Virus record (IMG/VR): IMGVR_UViG_3300031160_000001 | Length of the DNA: 64,000 nucleotides | DNA from: a virus | Direction: 5' to 3' (one strand) | Part shown: one piece after another, positions 27,210 to 36,836 of the stretch | Layout: each line of letters begins with the position of its first letter | Position numbering within the stretch: position 1 is the first letter of the stretch | Made by a program: the position numbers and the translations under genes | Notes under the pieces: generated by a model | The model's database searches: none | Told to the model about the DNA's origin: nothing | The model's input: the letters and a program-made list of their open reading frames with translations, nothing else

Positions 27210-27972
27210 CGCTTTGTTGCTGTCGTTCCCTTAAAATATTTAAGCGCTCATTCAGTTTTTTCATTTCCTCTACACTAAATTTTTGCATATAATCATCATA
27301 CTTACCCTCATCTTCAAGTTGTTCCAATACCCTGATTAATTGTTCAATGTCTTCATCTTCTGTTATTTCAAAGTTTCTCGCTTCAAGTTCTGCAAAATAA
27401 TTATCAATATCAATTCGTTCTTGCTCTACTTGATTTATTTCACTCATCAATCCCAGTTCTATAAACGATTTACTAATATTATCACTAGCCTGTTGTAAAA
27501 TACGATTTAGCAAACTCATGTTCGCTTCACCAAACGGGGAATTTTCACCAAAGAAATATTCGACAATGCCCAAATCAACAAGGTTTAATGTTACTTTAAC
27601 CAACTTACGTACATCATCTAACTTAGGAATAGGTAAGTTAGTAAATTCTTTCAATAACAATGTATTTAGAACATATGATGCACCAATAATAGTTTCGTCA
27701 TTTAACATATTAGAGGCTTTCATCTTTTGAAGAATTGTTATATACTCAGCGTAAACTTCACGAATTTTTGACTCTCTAAATTTATTAGAAACAAGAATTT
27801 CAAATTGTTCTCCATCCAATTCAAAATAAACTTTCTTTTTTTCATTAAATTGTGATGCTAGTTTGTTTAAAGAAGATGTGGTTAATTTTTGAGGGGTAGT
27901 AGTGCTTCTAATGTTTTTGTTATTATCAGGGGTATACGTAGAGGAACTATTTATTTTTTTATCCGAAGTCAT
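27187..27972 (-). CDS. Putative tail assembly chaperone
   Basis: Position between the tail tube and tape measure genes; helical and acidic. Confidence 0.5.
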   Translation of the reverse strand: MTSDKKINSSSTYTPDNNKNIRSTTTPQKLTTSSLNKLASQFNEKKKVYFELDGEQFEILVSNKFRESKIREVYAEYITILQKMKASNMLNDETIIGASYVLNTLLLKEFTNLPIPKLDDVRKLVKVTLNLVDLGIVEYFFGENSPFGEANMSLLNRILQQASDNISKSFIELGLMSEINQVEQERIDIDNYFAELEARNFEITEDEDIEQLIRVLEQLEDEGKYDDYMQKFSVEEMKKLNERLNILRERQQQSGDKSEMG

Positions 27973-28026
27973 ATATGATCAACTCCCTTTTTAGCCATAT
28001 TAAATAATACTAAATAATAGTAAAAA

Positions 28027-28102
28027 TAGGGGTGGCGAGATTTGAACTCGCGTACTCTCGATCCCAAATCGAGTGAGATAAACCTGACTCCTCTACACCC
28101 CT
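28027..28102 (-). tRNA. tRNA-Pro(UGG), CCA not encoded
   Basis: AGGGGTG/CACCCCT acceptor, CTCGA-TTTGGGA-TCGAG anticodon arm, GCGAG-TTCAAAT-CTCGC T-arm. Confidence 0.93.
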
Positions 28103-28142
28103 ATAATGAGCGCACGTCAAATGCGCTCAAATTTTATTAATA

Positions 28143-28898
28143 TTAACTTGAATAAGGTACTCGAACAATTTTACCAACCTTGGTTGAATTTTTAGGTTTA
28201 ACAACACGAAGATTAAACACTTGGGTTTGCGCTTCTCTTGCCGAAGAAGTGTTAATAGAAAAATTACCAGTAGGAAGAGCATTGTCAAATTGATACTGAA
28301 TCAAATGAGTTGGCATTTCAGTAGTCTCATCAATTTCCAACGTTTCAAGAATTACCATAACACCATCAGCAAACACTTGATTATCAATCTCAATTGTTTG
28401 TGTCAATGGATCTGTTTGATAAGCATAAGTTCTTACTTCAAGTTGATCTCCTTCTTGGATTGTTGGATCTATAATTGTCACTTTATTTCCAGAGACAGTG
28501 TAATCGATAGTCAATTCAAGTTTATTTCCACCTTCGTCATAAATAGCAATGCTACCATTATCAGAAGGTGTATGATCTAATTCAATTTGTAAATCAGTAG
28601 AAACTTCTTCGACTGTATACCACTTGGGCATAGCATAAGCAATACCTGCTCCAGTTACAATGTCTTGCCCCAATTGTGTGGCAAGCCACTCATAGCGGAA
28701 ATTAATATCTGTCAAATTAATAGTGATATCACGGTCACTATGCAGCACACCTAAAAGTTGATTACCCTTGCCACCACGAACATCACTTTCTTGAACAGAA
28801 ACTTCAATATTAGCATCTTGCAATGTCGTTGTTCCAATAACCTCATTAGTCTTCTTGGAAATCAAAAGTACGTCAAAAACGTCAGCTACAACTGCCAT
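28143..28898 (-). CDS. Major tail tube protein (putative)
   Basis: LQDANIEVSVQESDVRGGKGN; beta-rich; synteny; followed by hairpin tgagcgca..tgcgctca. Confidence 0.75.
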   Translation of the reverse strand: MAVVADVFDVLLISKKTNEVIGTTTLQDANIEVSVQESDVRGGKGNQLLGVLHSDRDITINLTDINFRYEWLATQLGQDIVTGAGIAYAMPKWYTVEEVSTDLQIELDHTPSDNGSIAIYDEGGNKLELTIDYTVSGNKVTIIDPTIQEGDQLEVRTYAYQTDPLTQTIEIDNQVFADGVMVILETLEIDETTEMPTHLIQYQFDNALPTGNFSINTSSAREAQTQVFNLRVVKPKNSTKVGKIVRVPYSS

Positions 28899-28943
28899 TA
28901 CACAAATTCCTCCTTTTTAAATAAAAAATAGAAGTCGAAACTT

Positions 28944-29654
28944 CTATTTCAATGCTTTATCAAGTTTATTGTTTTTATTATCCTTAAATAAATCGTCATA
29001 TGGACTTTTATATAAATCTAAGTTTTCAGCAAAGTGCTCAATAGACACATCTGAACTAACAGTACTAAGAATAATTCCTTGTTCGTGTTGTTTTAGTTTA
29101 ATTACTCTTTTAAAATCTGTTTCAAGTTGATAAATGGTATACTCAGCTAAGTCCCAATAATGCTTTCCTGTCGCCACAGAAACCGTCGAGATCTTATCTT
29201 CAAACTCTATTTTTATACTGTTTTTTGCCCTAGCTTGAATAACTTTATCTGCCCATTTTTGAACAACTTTGTTTTTATATACTTTTTGTTCAAACATTAA
29301 ATTTTGCTTCATGATTGTGTTTCGTAGATGATCATAATTATCTTTATTAATCAACGACTTTTCGCCTTTAAATCCAAAGTCGTAATCAGTTGTAAAAAAG
29401 GCGATATCTTTTTTTAGTACTAGACTAAATAATTTTTCAAAGTCTTGAACAATTTTTTCGTCTCTCAACCCAAAAATCAACAGTTCGAGTAGTGAGAAAT
29501 CTTTAAATTCCTCTCCAAAATGATCTTTGGAATAATACAAATGAGTGGAACACTCAACAAACTCATCATAGTTCTTTAATTTAACTGGATATACATTTCC
29601 AATACCCTCAAGAAAATCCGGTTCCCCAAATATATATTTCGTTGTCACAGACAT
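28944..29654 (-). CDS. Hypothetical tail-region protein
   Basis: 236 aa, operonic. Confidence 0.6.
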   Translation of the reverse strand: MSVTTKYIFGEPDFLEGIGNVYPVKLKNYDEFVECSTHLYYSKDHFGEEFKDFSLLELLIFGLRDEKIVQDFEKLFSLVLKKDIAFFTTDYDFGFKGEKSLINKDNYDHLRNTIMKQNLMFEQKVYKNKVVQKWADKVIQARAKNSIKIEFEDKISTVSVATGKHYWDLAEYTIYQLETDFKRVIKLKQHEQGIILSTVSSDVSIEHFAENLDLYKSPYDDLFKDNKNNKLDKALK

Positions 29655-29659
29655 CCCTA

Positions 29660-30136
29660 CTAGTTCCCATTCGATATTTCATAGCTGATTTTATATCCGG
29701 CATATTTCTCATTAACATACATATATTTTCCTTGATAAAACAGCAATTTTTTAACGCCTACAACTCGTTTGTTATTAAAAGTTTCATCAATCTCATGTAA
29801 TATCGAAAGAGGTCGTATCATTCCTGTATCTTTTAACACCCATAAATCTAAATGGGATATAATATCAAATACAATCAAGCCCTCTTTCAACCCCACATTC
29901 CTGGAAAGAGTAAAATTATCAAAATAAATATTTAAATATGTTCCCATTTCAGTTGTCACTTCAGGAAATTTAGGAAGAGGAAAAACTTTTTTTAATAGTA
30001 AAGTTGAAGGGTCAATGTCAGGTTCAGAGAAGGGATTATTGGTGTTATATTCAATTAGTTTACATAATTTTTGATTTTCAAGCATTAAAGATATTATACT
30101 ATTAATATTTTCATTTAAAAATTTAAATTTCGACAT
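29660..30136 (-). CDS. Putative tail terminator/completion protein
   Basis: 158 aa; IVFDIISHLDLW..RPLSILHEIDETFN; synteny. Confidence 0.55.
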   Translation of the reverse strand: MSKFKFLNENINSIISLMLENQKLCKLIEYNTNNPFSEPDIDPSTLLLKKVFPLPKFPEVTTEMGTYLNIYFDNFTLSRNVGLKEGLIVFDIISHLDLWVLKDTGMIRPLSILHEIDETFNNKRVVGVKKLLFYQGKYMYVNEKYAGYKISYEISNGN

Positions 30137-30151
30137 TTAACCCTCCCCTTA

Positions 30152-31168
30152 CTAAAATAAGCTTTTCATTTCAATTTGCATCCATCTTTCTATATGTGGA
30201 TGATTTAGCAAATAACATCTTAGCCAAACAAAACCACTATTTGCATTATTATTTTTTATCACACATGATGTATCAGTGAACGAAATTAAGGTAGCCAGAG
30301 TAGCATTGGACACTTTATCATCGGCATATAGTTCCCAAATAACCTTAGCGTCTGACAAAGCTTCTGTTTCATCTCTAACTTCCACATAGTATTCTTTACT
30401 TTGGTTTCGTTTAATCTCATTTGGCTTGTCAGAAACAGATTTGATTACTAATAACCATTCATCTTTATTAAATTCACCTACATTATTTTTGTAGGTGCTC
30501 GTATTAATATTACTTCCATAGTAATCAGCTATTCCTAAATCCAAATTATCTCTAGCAGGATCAAATTGATCATCTTTCATATTGATGTTTACAATACCTT
30601 CATCGCTAACATAATCATGATCGATAACTTGAAATACATTGCCTCCAAATATAAAGCGGTCATTTCTTTTTATTTTCATGGTGTGTTCGTTTTTTTGAAC
30701 CACTACTTGTCTACGACCATCAGGCAACGTCATTACTCTGTCAGCATAAGTACCAAAATTCGCTTTTGCTCCATAATAAAAAACACAAGGGTACGACAGT
30801 AAATCTCCATTCTCATCAATCCATTTCAAAGTGGTATTACATTTCTCTATAAAGCCCCTTGAATAAATACTGGTTGGATCATAACCAGTACACAACCAAT
30901 ACTCCTCTTCATATTTTGTTCTGAAAACGTAGTCACCTGCATGAATACTATCATTAGGATGCATCACGATAATCTTGATATTAGGCTGTTTTGTATCTGA
31001 TATAATCTGTACCCCAGTTGGATTGATGGCATGATTAATATAAACTTCCTCATATGAAGGAGAGTCTTTAAAATAATATCCTATTGTATGTTTCGCATGC
31101 TTTTCAATAGATCCTTTGATTCCATCATATTTGCCAACCCTTGCCTTATAATCATTTATAGATTTCAA
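30152..31168 (-). CDS. Putative head-tail adaptor/closure protein
   Basis: 338 aa; GFIEKCNTTLKWID; synteny with the SPbeta-like neck. Confidence 0.55.
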   Translation of the reverse strand: MKSINDYKARVGKYDGIKGSIEKHAKHTIGYYFKDSPSYEEVYINHAINPTGVQIISDTKQPNIKIIVMHPNDSIHAGDYVFRTKYEEEYWLCTGYDPTSIYSRGFIEKCNTTLKWIDENGDLLSYPCVFYYGAKANFGTYADRVMTLPDGRRQVVVQKNEHTMKIKRNDRFIFGGNVFQVIDHDYVSDEGIVNINMKDDQFDPARDNLDLGIADYYGSNINTSTYKNNVGEFNKDEWLLVIKSVSDKPNEIKRNQSKEYYVEVRDETEALSDAKVIWELYADDKVSNATLATLISFTDTSCVIKNNNANSGFVWLRCYLLNHPHIERWMQIEMKSLF

Positions 31169-31182
31169 CCTTCCACCTCATT

Positions 31183-31593
31183 TCAAGTGGAAAAATAATA
31201 AAACACTAATTTTTGATTTACTTCGCTAACTAAAAGTTGCTTTAAATTAATCAATTTATCCAAAAAGTTAGCTGGACTATAGACTCGAAAATCCTTGTTG
31301 CCTAACTCGTTTCTAATATTTTCAAGTCTTAATATGTGAGGATTCAACCAATGAATCAACATCAAATTTGCCAATATCTCTTGCTCCTGGTCATTTAGAG
31401 AGATATTAAATTGATTTAATTCATCATCTCTATTGGACAAATCTTTTGTAACATATTTAAAATCAGAGATAGCACTTTTTAAGTATTTTATAAGTTCATT
31501 TCTTAAATCGTCTGTGGTTAATTCAGCTAATTCGTAATCAGTTATTTTTGACAAGAAGCGATCAAAGATTAGATCATACGAAGTGGTAGACAT
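31183..31593 (-). CDS. Putative head-tail connector
   Basis: TSYDLIFDRFLSKITDY..EQEILANLMLIHWL; position after the capsid genes. Confidence 0.6.
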   Translation of the reverse strand: MSTTSYDLIFDRFLSKITDYELAELTTDDLRNELIKYLKSAISDFKYVTKDLSNRDDELNQFNISLNDQEQEILANLMLIHWLNPHILRLENIRNELGNKDFRVYSPANFLDKLINLKQLLVSEVNQKLVFYYFST

Positions 31594-31616
31594 CCTACCA
31601 TCACCACTTTCAATTA

Positions 31617-32051
31617 TTATTGTTCATTATTTAACAACTGTTCAAAATTATAACCGCTCACTTCTTGTAATGCATTAATAGCTCCTTTGGACAAATCGTC
31701 CATCTCCTTGGCAATATCTACAATCCGATCAATTACATGCTTGCCCTTTACATTTGCCAACTTGCTCTTTATAGCCGCAGAGCCTTCAGCGAGAATAGTT
31801 TTAATTTCTTCATCAGTAAGACTTGAAATATCATCTTTAAAATCAAGTCCAAGATTTTTATTCACTTTATCATCATGAATAATCAACTTGCGCCGTTGAA
31901 AAACTGTAGACATATTGTTGATATAATAAATTTCATTTTCATCAAGCATAACAAAAGATTTTGGATGTACTACAATCTCTCGAATTCCATCCATTAATTT
32001 TAAACCTTGTCGAAATGGATATGGGTTAGAAACCTTAATTTGCTTTGCCAT
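31617..32051 (-). CDS. Hypothetical head-associated protein
   Basis: 144 aa, GGGAGG RBS, directly after the capsid gene. Confidence 0.55.
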   Translation of the reverse strand: MAKQIKVSNPYPFRQGLKLMDGIREIVVHPKSFVMLDENEIYYINNMSTVFQRRKLIIHDDKVNKNLGLDFKDDISSLTDEEIKTILAEGSAAIKSKLANVKGKHVIDRIVDIAKEMDDLSKGAINALQEVSGYNFEQLLNNEQ

Positions 32052-32078
32052 AATATAATATTCCTCCCTTATAGATTA

Positions 32079-32112
32079 ATTGGAGAGTGTATAATATCAT
32101 ACACCCTCCAAT
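32079..32112 (-). terminator. Hairpin after the major capsid gene
   Basis: attggagagtgtat / atacaccctccaat imperfect inverted repeat. Confidence 0.5.
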
Positions 32113-32140
32113 AGTTTTATGTATATTTTATAACTTATAA

Positions 32141-33145
32141 TTAAAAACCAGACAGCGAATCATCTTCATAGACTGCAAGGGCATGACGTGGAGCATCAAC
32201 AACGCCAGCCCCCATATGCTTATCATAACGCATTTCATAAGAACGATCATAAATATTATGTTGAGACATTGGTTGTACTTCTCCTGCAAATTGAACCTTA
32301 AGAGTTTTCCATTCGTTGTTCAAAATAGGAACAATGTAAATCAGACCCTTATCAAGAACCGTATCATACCCTGCAAAACCAGAGTAAGGATTGTCGAGTT
32401 TTACGACAGGAGCGCCCTTGTATACACCAATAAGACCATTTCTATTTACTTCGTCTTTAATATTATCGCTAACGGAATTATTGATGGCAGTAAGTGCAGG
32501 AAGCTTCTGTAGAGCTTCAAAGTCGCCAATAATTGCAACCCTACCACCAAAGCGTTGCATTGCAGTAAGCAATGGATCAAAGGAACCTGCAACGACACCT
32601 GTGCCGGAAGCATAGTTAGGAGTGGACATACCTTTAAAAGCCGAATACAATGTGTTTTGTACTTTTTGAGCAATCTTAGCCTCAAACTCGTTCGTAACAT
32701 CACGAATAAGTTCAGCAAAATCGTAACGTCCTGCAGCAATTTCAGCCCATTCTGCTACTGGCATTGCGGAAAGCTCTTCGATTTCCAGCCCAGAATACTT
32801 GAAACCAACTTTCGATTTGTCAGGTGTGCCGTTGATTGCTTGCCAGAAAGCTTGAACACCTTCCGTTTTTGTCTTGAATTTTGGACGCTCATCAAATCCA
32901 GTACGCTTAACATCAGCAACAAGATCAATATAATCAATCCGAGCGTCAATTGTTGTATCTACAACATATGCCACAATGTTGTTAAGTTCCCACAAGTTCA
33001 TTGGGTTAGGATTTGCTGCCAATTCCCTAATCAATTTAATAGCGTCTTTATAATCCATTTTTTCCGTTTCAGTCATTTGATGTTCATTAAAAGATGCCTT
33101 AGAAAAAATCTTGATAATAGGCGATTTCTTAGTAAGTTGAGCCAT
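32141..33145 (-). CDS. Major capsid protein (HK97-fold, putative)
   Basis: Synteny after protease and decoration genes; size and composition fit; start moved to ATG 33145 after an AGGAGG RBS. Confidence 0.8.
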   Translation of the reverse strand: MAQLTKKSPIIKIFSKASFNEHQMTETEKMDYKDAIKLIRELAANPNPMNLWELNNIVAYVVDTTIDARIDYIDLVADVKRTGFDERPKFKTKTEGVQAFWQAINGTPDKSKVGFKYSGLEIEELSAMPVAEWAEIAAGRYDFAELIRDVTNEFEAKIAQKVQNTLYSAFKGMSTPNYASGTGVVAGSFDPLLTAMQRFGGRVAIIGDFEALQKLPALTAINNSVSDNIKDEVNRNGLIGVYKGAPVVKLDNPYSGFAGYDTVLDKGLIYIVPILNNEWKTLKVQFAGEVQPMSQHNIYDRSYEMRYDKHMGAGVVDAPRHALAVYEDDSLSGF

Positions 33146-33179
33146 TATTAAATTCCTCCTAATATATTTTATTTTTAAA

Positions 33180-33632
33180 TTAGTCTGTAACAACAATTAC
33201 TTTGAGGGCATTGTTACCATACAAAGTAACTTTATCAACAACTTTAAAAGTAATGGCAGGAGTGCGACCAGAAATATCTTCCAACTTGCCGCTTGCTCCC
33301 ACAGCTAATTCGTCGCCAACATTAAAATCGGCATATGTACCTGTGAATTGATCAGTTGTATAAACGTCACCGACCTTTGGTGCTCTCAAACGAAGGAATT
33401 GTCCTTGTTTTACAACAAAATCAGCATCAGCAACAAGTTCTTGGTCAATATGTGGATTAACATTATAAACAAAAAGCAAACCTGGCTTATCACCCGCGGT
33501 TGCATCCGCAACAGCAGCAGCAGTACCATTAGCATAGTTTGGGGTTACAAAAACACCATTCTTGATATCAGCAGCAGCCTTAAGGTTGCTGATATAAACA
33601 TTATCTGTTTGTTTGTTAATAATTGCAGCCAT
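33180..33632 (-). CDS. Putative capsid decoration protein
   Basis: 150 aa, Ala/Gly-rich beta protein between scaffold and capsid genes. Confidence 0.6.
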   Translation of the reverse strand: MAAIINKQTDNVYISNLKAAADIKNGVFVTPNYANGTAAAVADATAGDKPGLLFVYNVNPHIDQELVADADFVVKQGQFLRLRAPKVGDVYTTDQFTGTYADFNVGDELAVGASGKLEDISGRTPAITFKVVDKVTLYGNNALKVIVVTD

Positions 33633-33656
33633 TTTATAATCCTCCTATTAATTTTA

Positions 33657-35156
33657 TTATTCTTGTACTTCGTAAAGTCTTGTTTTTAGATCTTCAGGAA
33701 GCAGACTGGATTGACGAGAAGCAGTAATAATTACTTCGTCAGAATCCTTATCTTGAGTACCATCTTGTTGCTTCTTGGCTACTTCCTTTGCAACCTCATT
33801 TACAACAATTTCATTTAATCTAGCCTCATTTAACTCCTCAATAGCCTTTTTAACTTCTTCACTCTCCATCGCTTCCTTGGAAAGAAGCTTAGAATATTTT
33901 TCAGATAGCGCTGTTTGTTTTGCTTGTTTTTCAGCTAACTCAACCTTTTCCTTATACGGCTTCAATTCTTCAATTGTAGAGTTGAGTTCAGTTTCTTTGT
34001 TTTTTAATTGGACGATTTCTTCTTTTTGTGATACAACCAATTCATTCAAGTCATTAACTTGTTTTTGCAAACTTTCAACTTGAGACTCAAGTTCTTTAAT
34101 CTTTTCCTCCATTGTTTCCACTTCCTCCTTATGCTTATTATTTAAGTCTTGAATTTGATTGTTCATCTCAAGCTGCATTTTATTTTTTGCAGCAAGGAGA
34201 TCATCAACCGAAAACCCTTTCGGAATAAAACCTTTATACCCCTCAATCCAATTTTCCTTTGGCTCTAGTACTACAACATCATTTTCAATCTTATAATTAA
34301 TTTTATAAAGTGTTTCATGATCATCCCAGTCTTCAACGATCACAAAATCTGTATAAAGATCAACAATGTAATAGTTGTATTCACGATAATTATTTTTTGG
34401 ATTCACTGGATTGAGTATATTATATACTTGATTACTAATATCGCTCCATTTAAGTGACGACAGTTCTAAATCACCATGATATCGGATATTAAAACCATTG
34501 TTAAATTTCTTTTCGCTTTTATCTGACACTATTTCACCTCCCTTTAAATCCTTATCAACTGCCTCTGCAATTAATAGGTGTGCTTTTGATTTTGGCTCGG
34601 CAGGATTAGTTACAATACAACTACCAATAAGCTCATTTATTTGACCTTCATACTCATAATTTAAACTTCTAATACCAGTCTCTTCATCATAGTTATCATA
34701 GCCATAAACCAAAACTTCACAACTAAATTCAAGTTCCTCTGTTTCATATAATTCAAGAATGGCATTACATACATTAGGATATCTTTTAAGTACCCTAGCC
34801 AATCCCATAAGAAGTAATGTACCATCTTCATCTTCCTGACTCCAAAAGTCAACAAAAGAGCCTATCGTGTCTGTTTTTAGTTGTTTAGACCTTGTATCTA
34901 ATTCGTGAGTTAAATTATTGTAAAGCCCATTCTCTAGCTTCAAACGATTTACCACCAATGGAATTCCTATATATTTACTTTTATTTTCGACAACTCCATT
35001 AATGAAATCATTTGTAAATTGTAGTTTATTTAAGTTGATTTTATTAGTTAAGATACACATGGTAAGCTCCATGTAGATATCATTTGATACATTATTTAAT
35101 TCAATAATATTTGGTTTTATCTGCACTACTTCTGCTTTCTTGTTTTGATGGCTCAT
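33657..35156 (-). CDS. Prohead protease / scaffold fusion
   Basis: N-terminal HELD..TIGSF..FSCEVLV..IGSCIVTNPAEP protease-like part; C-terminal acidic coiled coil. Confidence 0.72.
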   Translation of the reverse strand: MSHQNKKAEVVQIKPNIIELNNVSNDIYMELTMCILTNKINLNKLQFTNDFINGVVENKSKYIGIPLVVNRLKLENGLYNNLTHELDTRSKQLKTDTIGSFVDFWSQEDEDGTLLLMGLARVLKRYPNVCNAILELYETEELEFSCEVLVYGYDNYDEETGIRSLNYEYEGQINELIGSCIVTNPAEPKSKAHLLIAEAVDKDLKGGEIVSDKSEKKFNNGFNIRYHGDLELSSLKWSDISNQVYNILNPVNPKNNYREYNYYIVDLYTDFVIVEDWDDHETLYKINYKIENDVVVLEPKENWIEGYKGFIPKGFSVDDLLAAKNKMQLEMNNQIQDLNNKHKEEVETMEEKIKELESQVESLQKQVNDLNELVVSQKEEIVQLKNKETELNSTIEELKPYKEKVELAEKQAKQTALSEKYSKLLSKEAMESEEVKKAIEELNEARLNEIVVNEVAKEVAKKQQDGTQDKDSDEVIITASRQSSLLPEDLKTRLYEVQE

Positions 35157-35285
35157 TTTCTACATCACCCCCTTCACCTACAAAACCTAATTCTATAAAG
35201 GGTGATATATTTTTAAAATTTAAATTAGTCCTTGATTCAACTTCAATCTTTTGAGGAATATGTCCTATTATTTTTATCACATCCT

Positions 35286-36824
35286 TTAATCACTTGGAGA
35301 TGGGGTATTATTCCCGCCAGATCCCCTTGAGAAGTCTGTGTTATCATTTTTTGAATTTTTATCTTCTGGTCTACCGCCTTTATCATTTCCGCTAGCCGTA
35401 TAGCTTGTTTGATGCACAGGTAATCTTTCATTGAGTCTTAGTACTTCATTTTCAAATATAACTTGTTGTAACCAATGATCGAAACTGTAACCAGCAGCTT
35501 CAACCATATGTTTTAAACTACCTCTGCCTTTGGTGTATAGAGATTCTGCTTGTTTAAATGAAGTTTCTCTATCAAGAATGGTAGACCTACCTAACCAAAT
35601 TCTTGCTTTAACTATTTCTCCCGTAATTAAATCTAAATACTCGTTTAAAGCATCTTCGATATCTTCAAGCACTGAAAAAATAATAGAATATATTTTCTCA
35701 ACATTTATTGTACTCGAACCATAACTTTGACCATTTCCTCCACCCATATTAAGACTCATTGAATAGCCTAACTTTTTATAAATGTCTCTTTCGATTCTTT
35801 CCCAAACTTCCTTTGGAAAAGTATTCATATTTACCTTTAATTCCTCTATGGTAATAATGGATGGAATGGACAATACACCAGTAGATGTATTATCAGTAGC
35901 ATTTCCTTCATGCTTTTTCTGAACCAAGTTTTTAAGGTTCCTATGGTAAGTATCTGCCTGTTCTTTAGGCACTGGCAATTGAGATTTTCCATCCTGAGAG
36001 GGCATCGTCCCAATTTTTTGTATTAAAATCTGATTAATGACTCGCTCTGCAAGAGATTTTTCACTTTTCTCGAGTAAATCTCTATGAATAATACTTGCTA
36101 AAGCAGGAATGCAATATGGAAAACCAAAAGGTTCGTTCCTTGCCCCCCTAATCTTAAAAACTTGAGTTTTGTTGATGTCTAATTTTACATATTGTTTTGT
36201 TTTATCCTTTTTATAAGCATTATATGCTGCCATTGTAACTTCGTCAGGTGCAGCGTTTATTTGCTGTTTGAGTTCTTCACCCTTAAATTGATCGAGATAT
36301 TGAAGGTTATACAACACTTCCCATTTTCCATTTCTCATGGTTTGGATGTCAATCTGATCATATTCAAGAAACTGTATATATTTATTTCCTCTGTTGTACC
36401 AGACGCAAAATCCTTCTTGCATAACAGAAAATATAGTGTCTCTAGCTAGTTTTTTAACTTTTATATTATTAATAAACGTATCTACTTTTTTCTTAATGTT
36501 TTTATACGAACGATGTTCCATGTTGTTATAAAAGGTTGAGGGAGAAATGATTGGAAGTGACTTAAATATATCTAACACATCGGTTACTATACCATCTTTA
36601 ACATAATAATATTTACTTAATTGAATTAATTGCTTTCTAAATTTGTTGGGGTTTCGAAGCCAAATATAAAGATCTTTCAAGTCTACATCTGTCATCCTTA
36701 CACCACCATTTGCTTGACTAAGCAAATCGTGGAATGCTGCAAGTTCATAAAATGAATGATCAAGAAACGATGGTTGTTCTACATTAGTGTCATTAATAGG
36801 AATAGTGGATATAGCTATCACCAC
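35286..36824 (-). CDS. Portal protein (putative)
   Basis: 512 aa directly after the terminase large subunit; RGARNEPFGFPY; synteny. Confidence 0.78.
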   Translation of the reverse strand: MVIAISTIPINDTNVEQPSFLDHSFYELAAFHDLLSQANGGVRMTDVDLKDLYIWLRNPNKFRKQLIQLSKYYYVKDGIVTDVLDIFKSLPIISPSTFYNNMEHRSYKNIKKKVDTFINNIKVKKLARDTIFSVMQEGFCVWYNRGNKYIQFLEYDQIDIQTMRNGKWEVLYNLQYLDQFKGEELKQQINAAPDEVTMAAYNAYKKDKTKQYVKLDINKTQVFKIRGARNEPFGFPYCIPALASIIHRDLLEKSEKSLAERVINQILIQKIGTMPSQDGKSQLPVPKEQADTYHRNLKNLVQKKHEGNATDNTSTGVLSIPSIITIEELKVNMNTFPKEVWERIERDIYKKLGYSMSLNMGGGNGQSYGSSTINVEKIYSIIFSVLEDIEDALNEYLDLITGEIVKARIWLGRSTILDRETSFKQAESLYTKGRGSLKHMVEAAGYSFDHWLQQVIFENEVLRLNERLPVHQTSYTASGNDKGGRPEDKNSKNDNTDFSRGSGGNNTPSPSD

Positions 36825-36836
36825 CTTACTTTTAAT

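Noticed and set aside
27187-27230. Programmed G/GT frameshift in the tail chaperone
   Set aside because: No clear XXXYYYZ slippery site near the 3' end; the next gene has its own RBS
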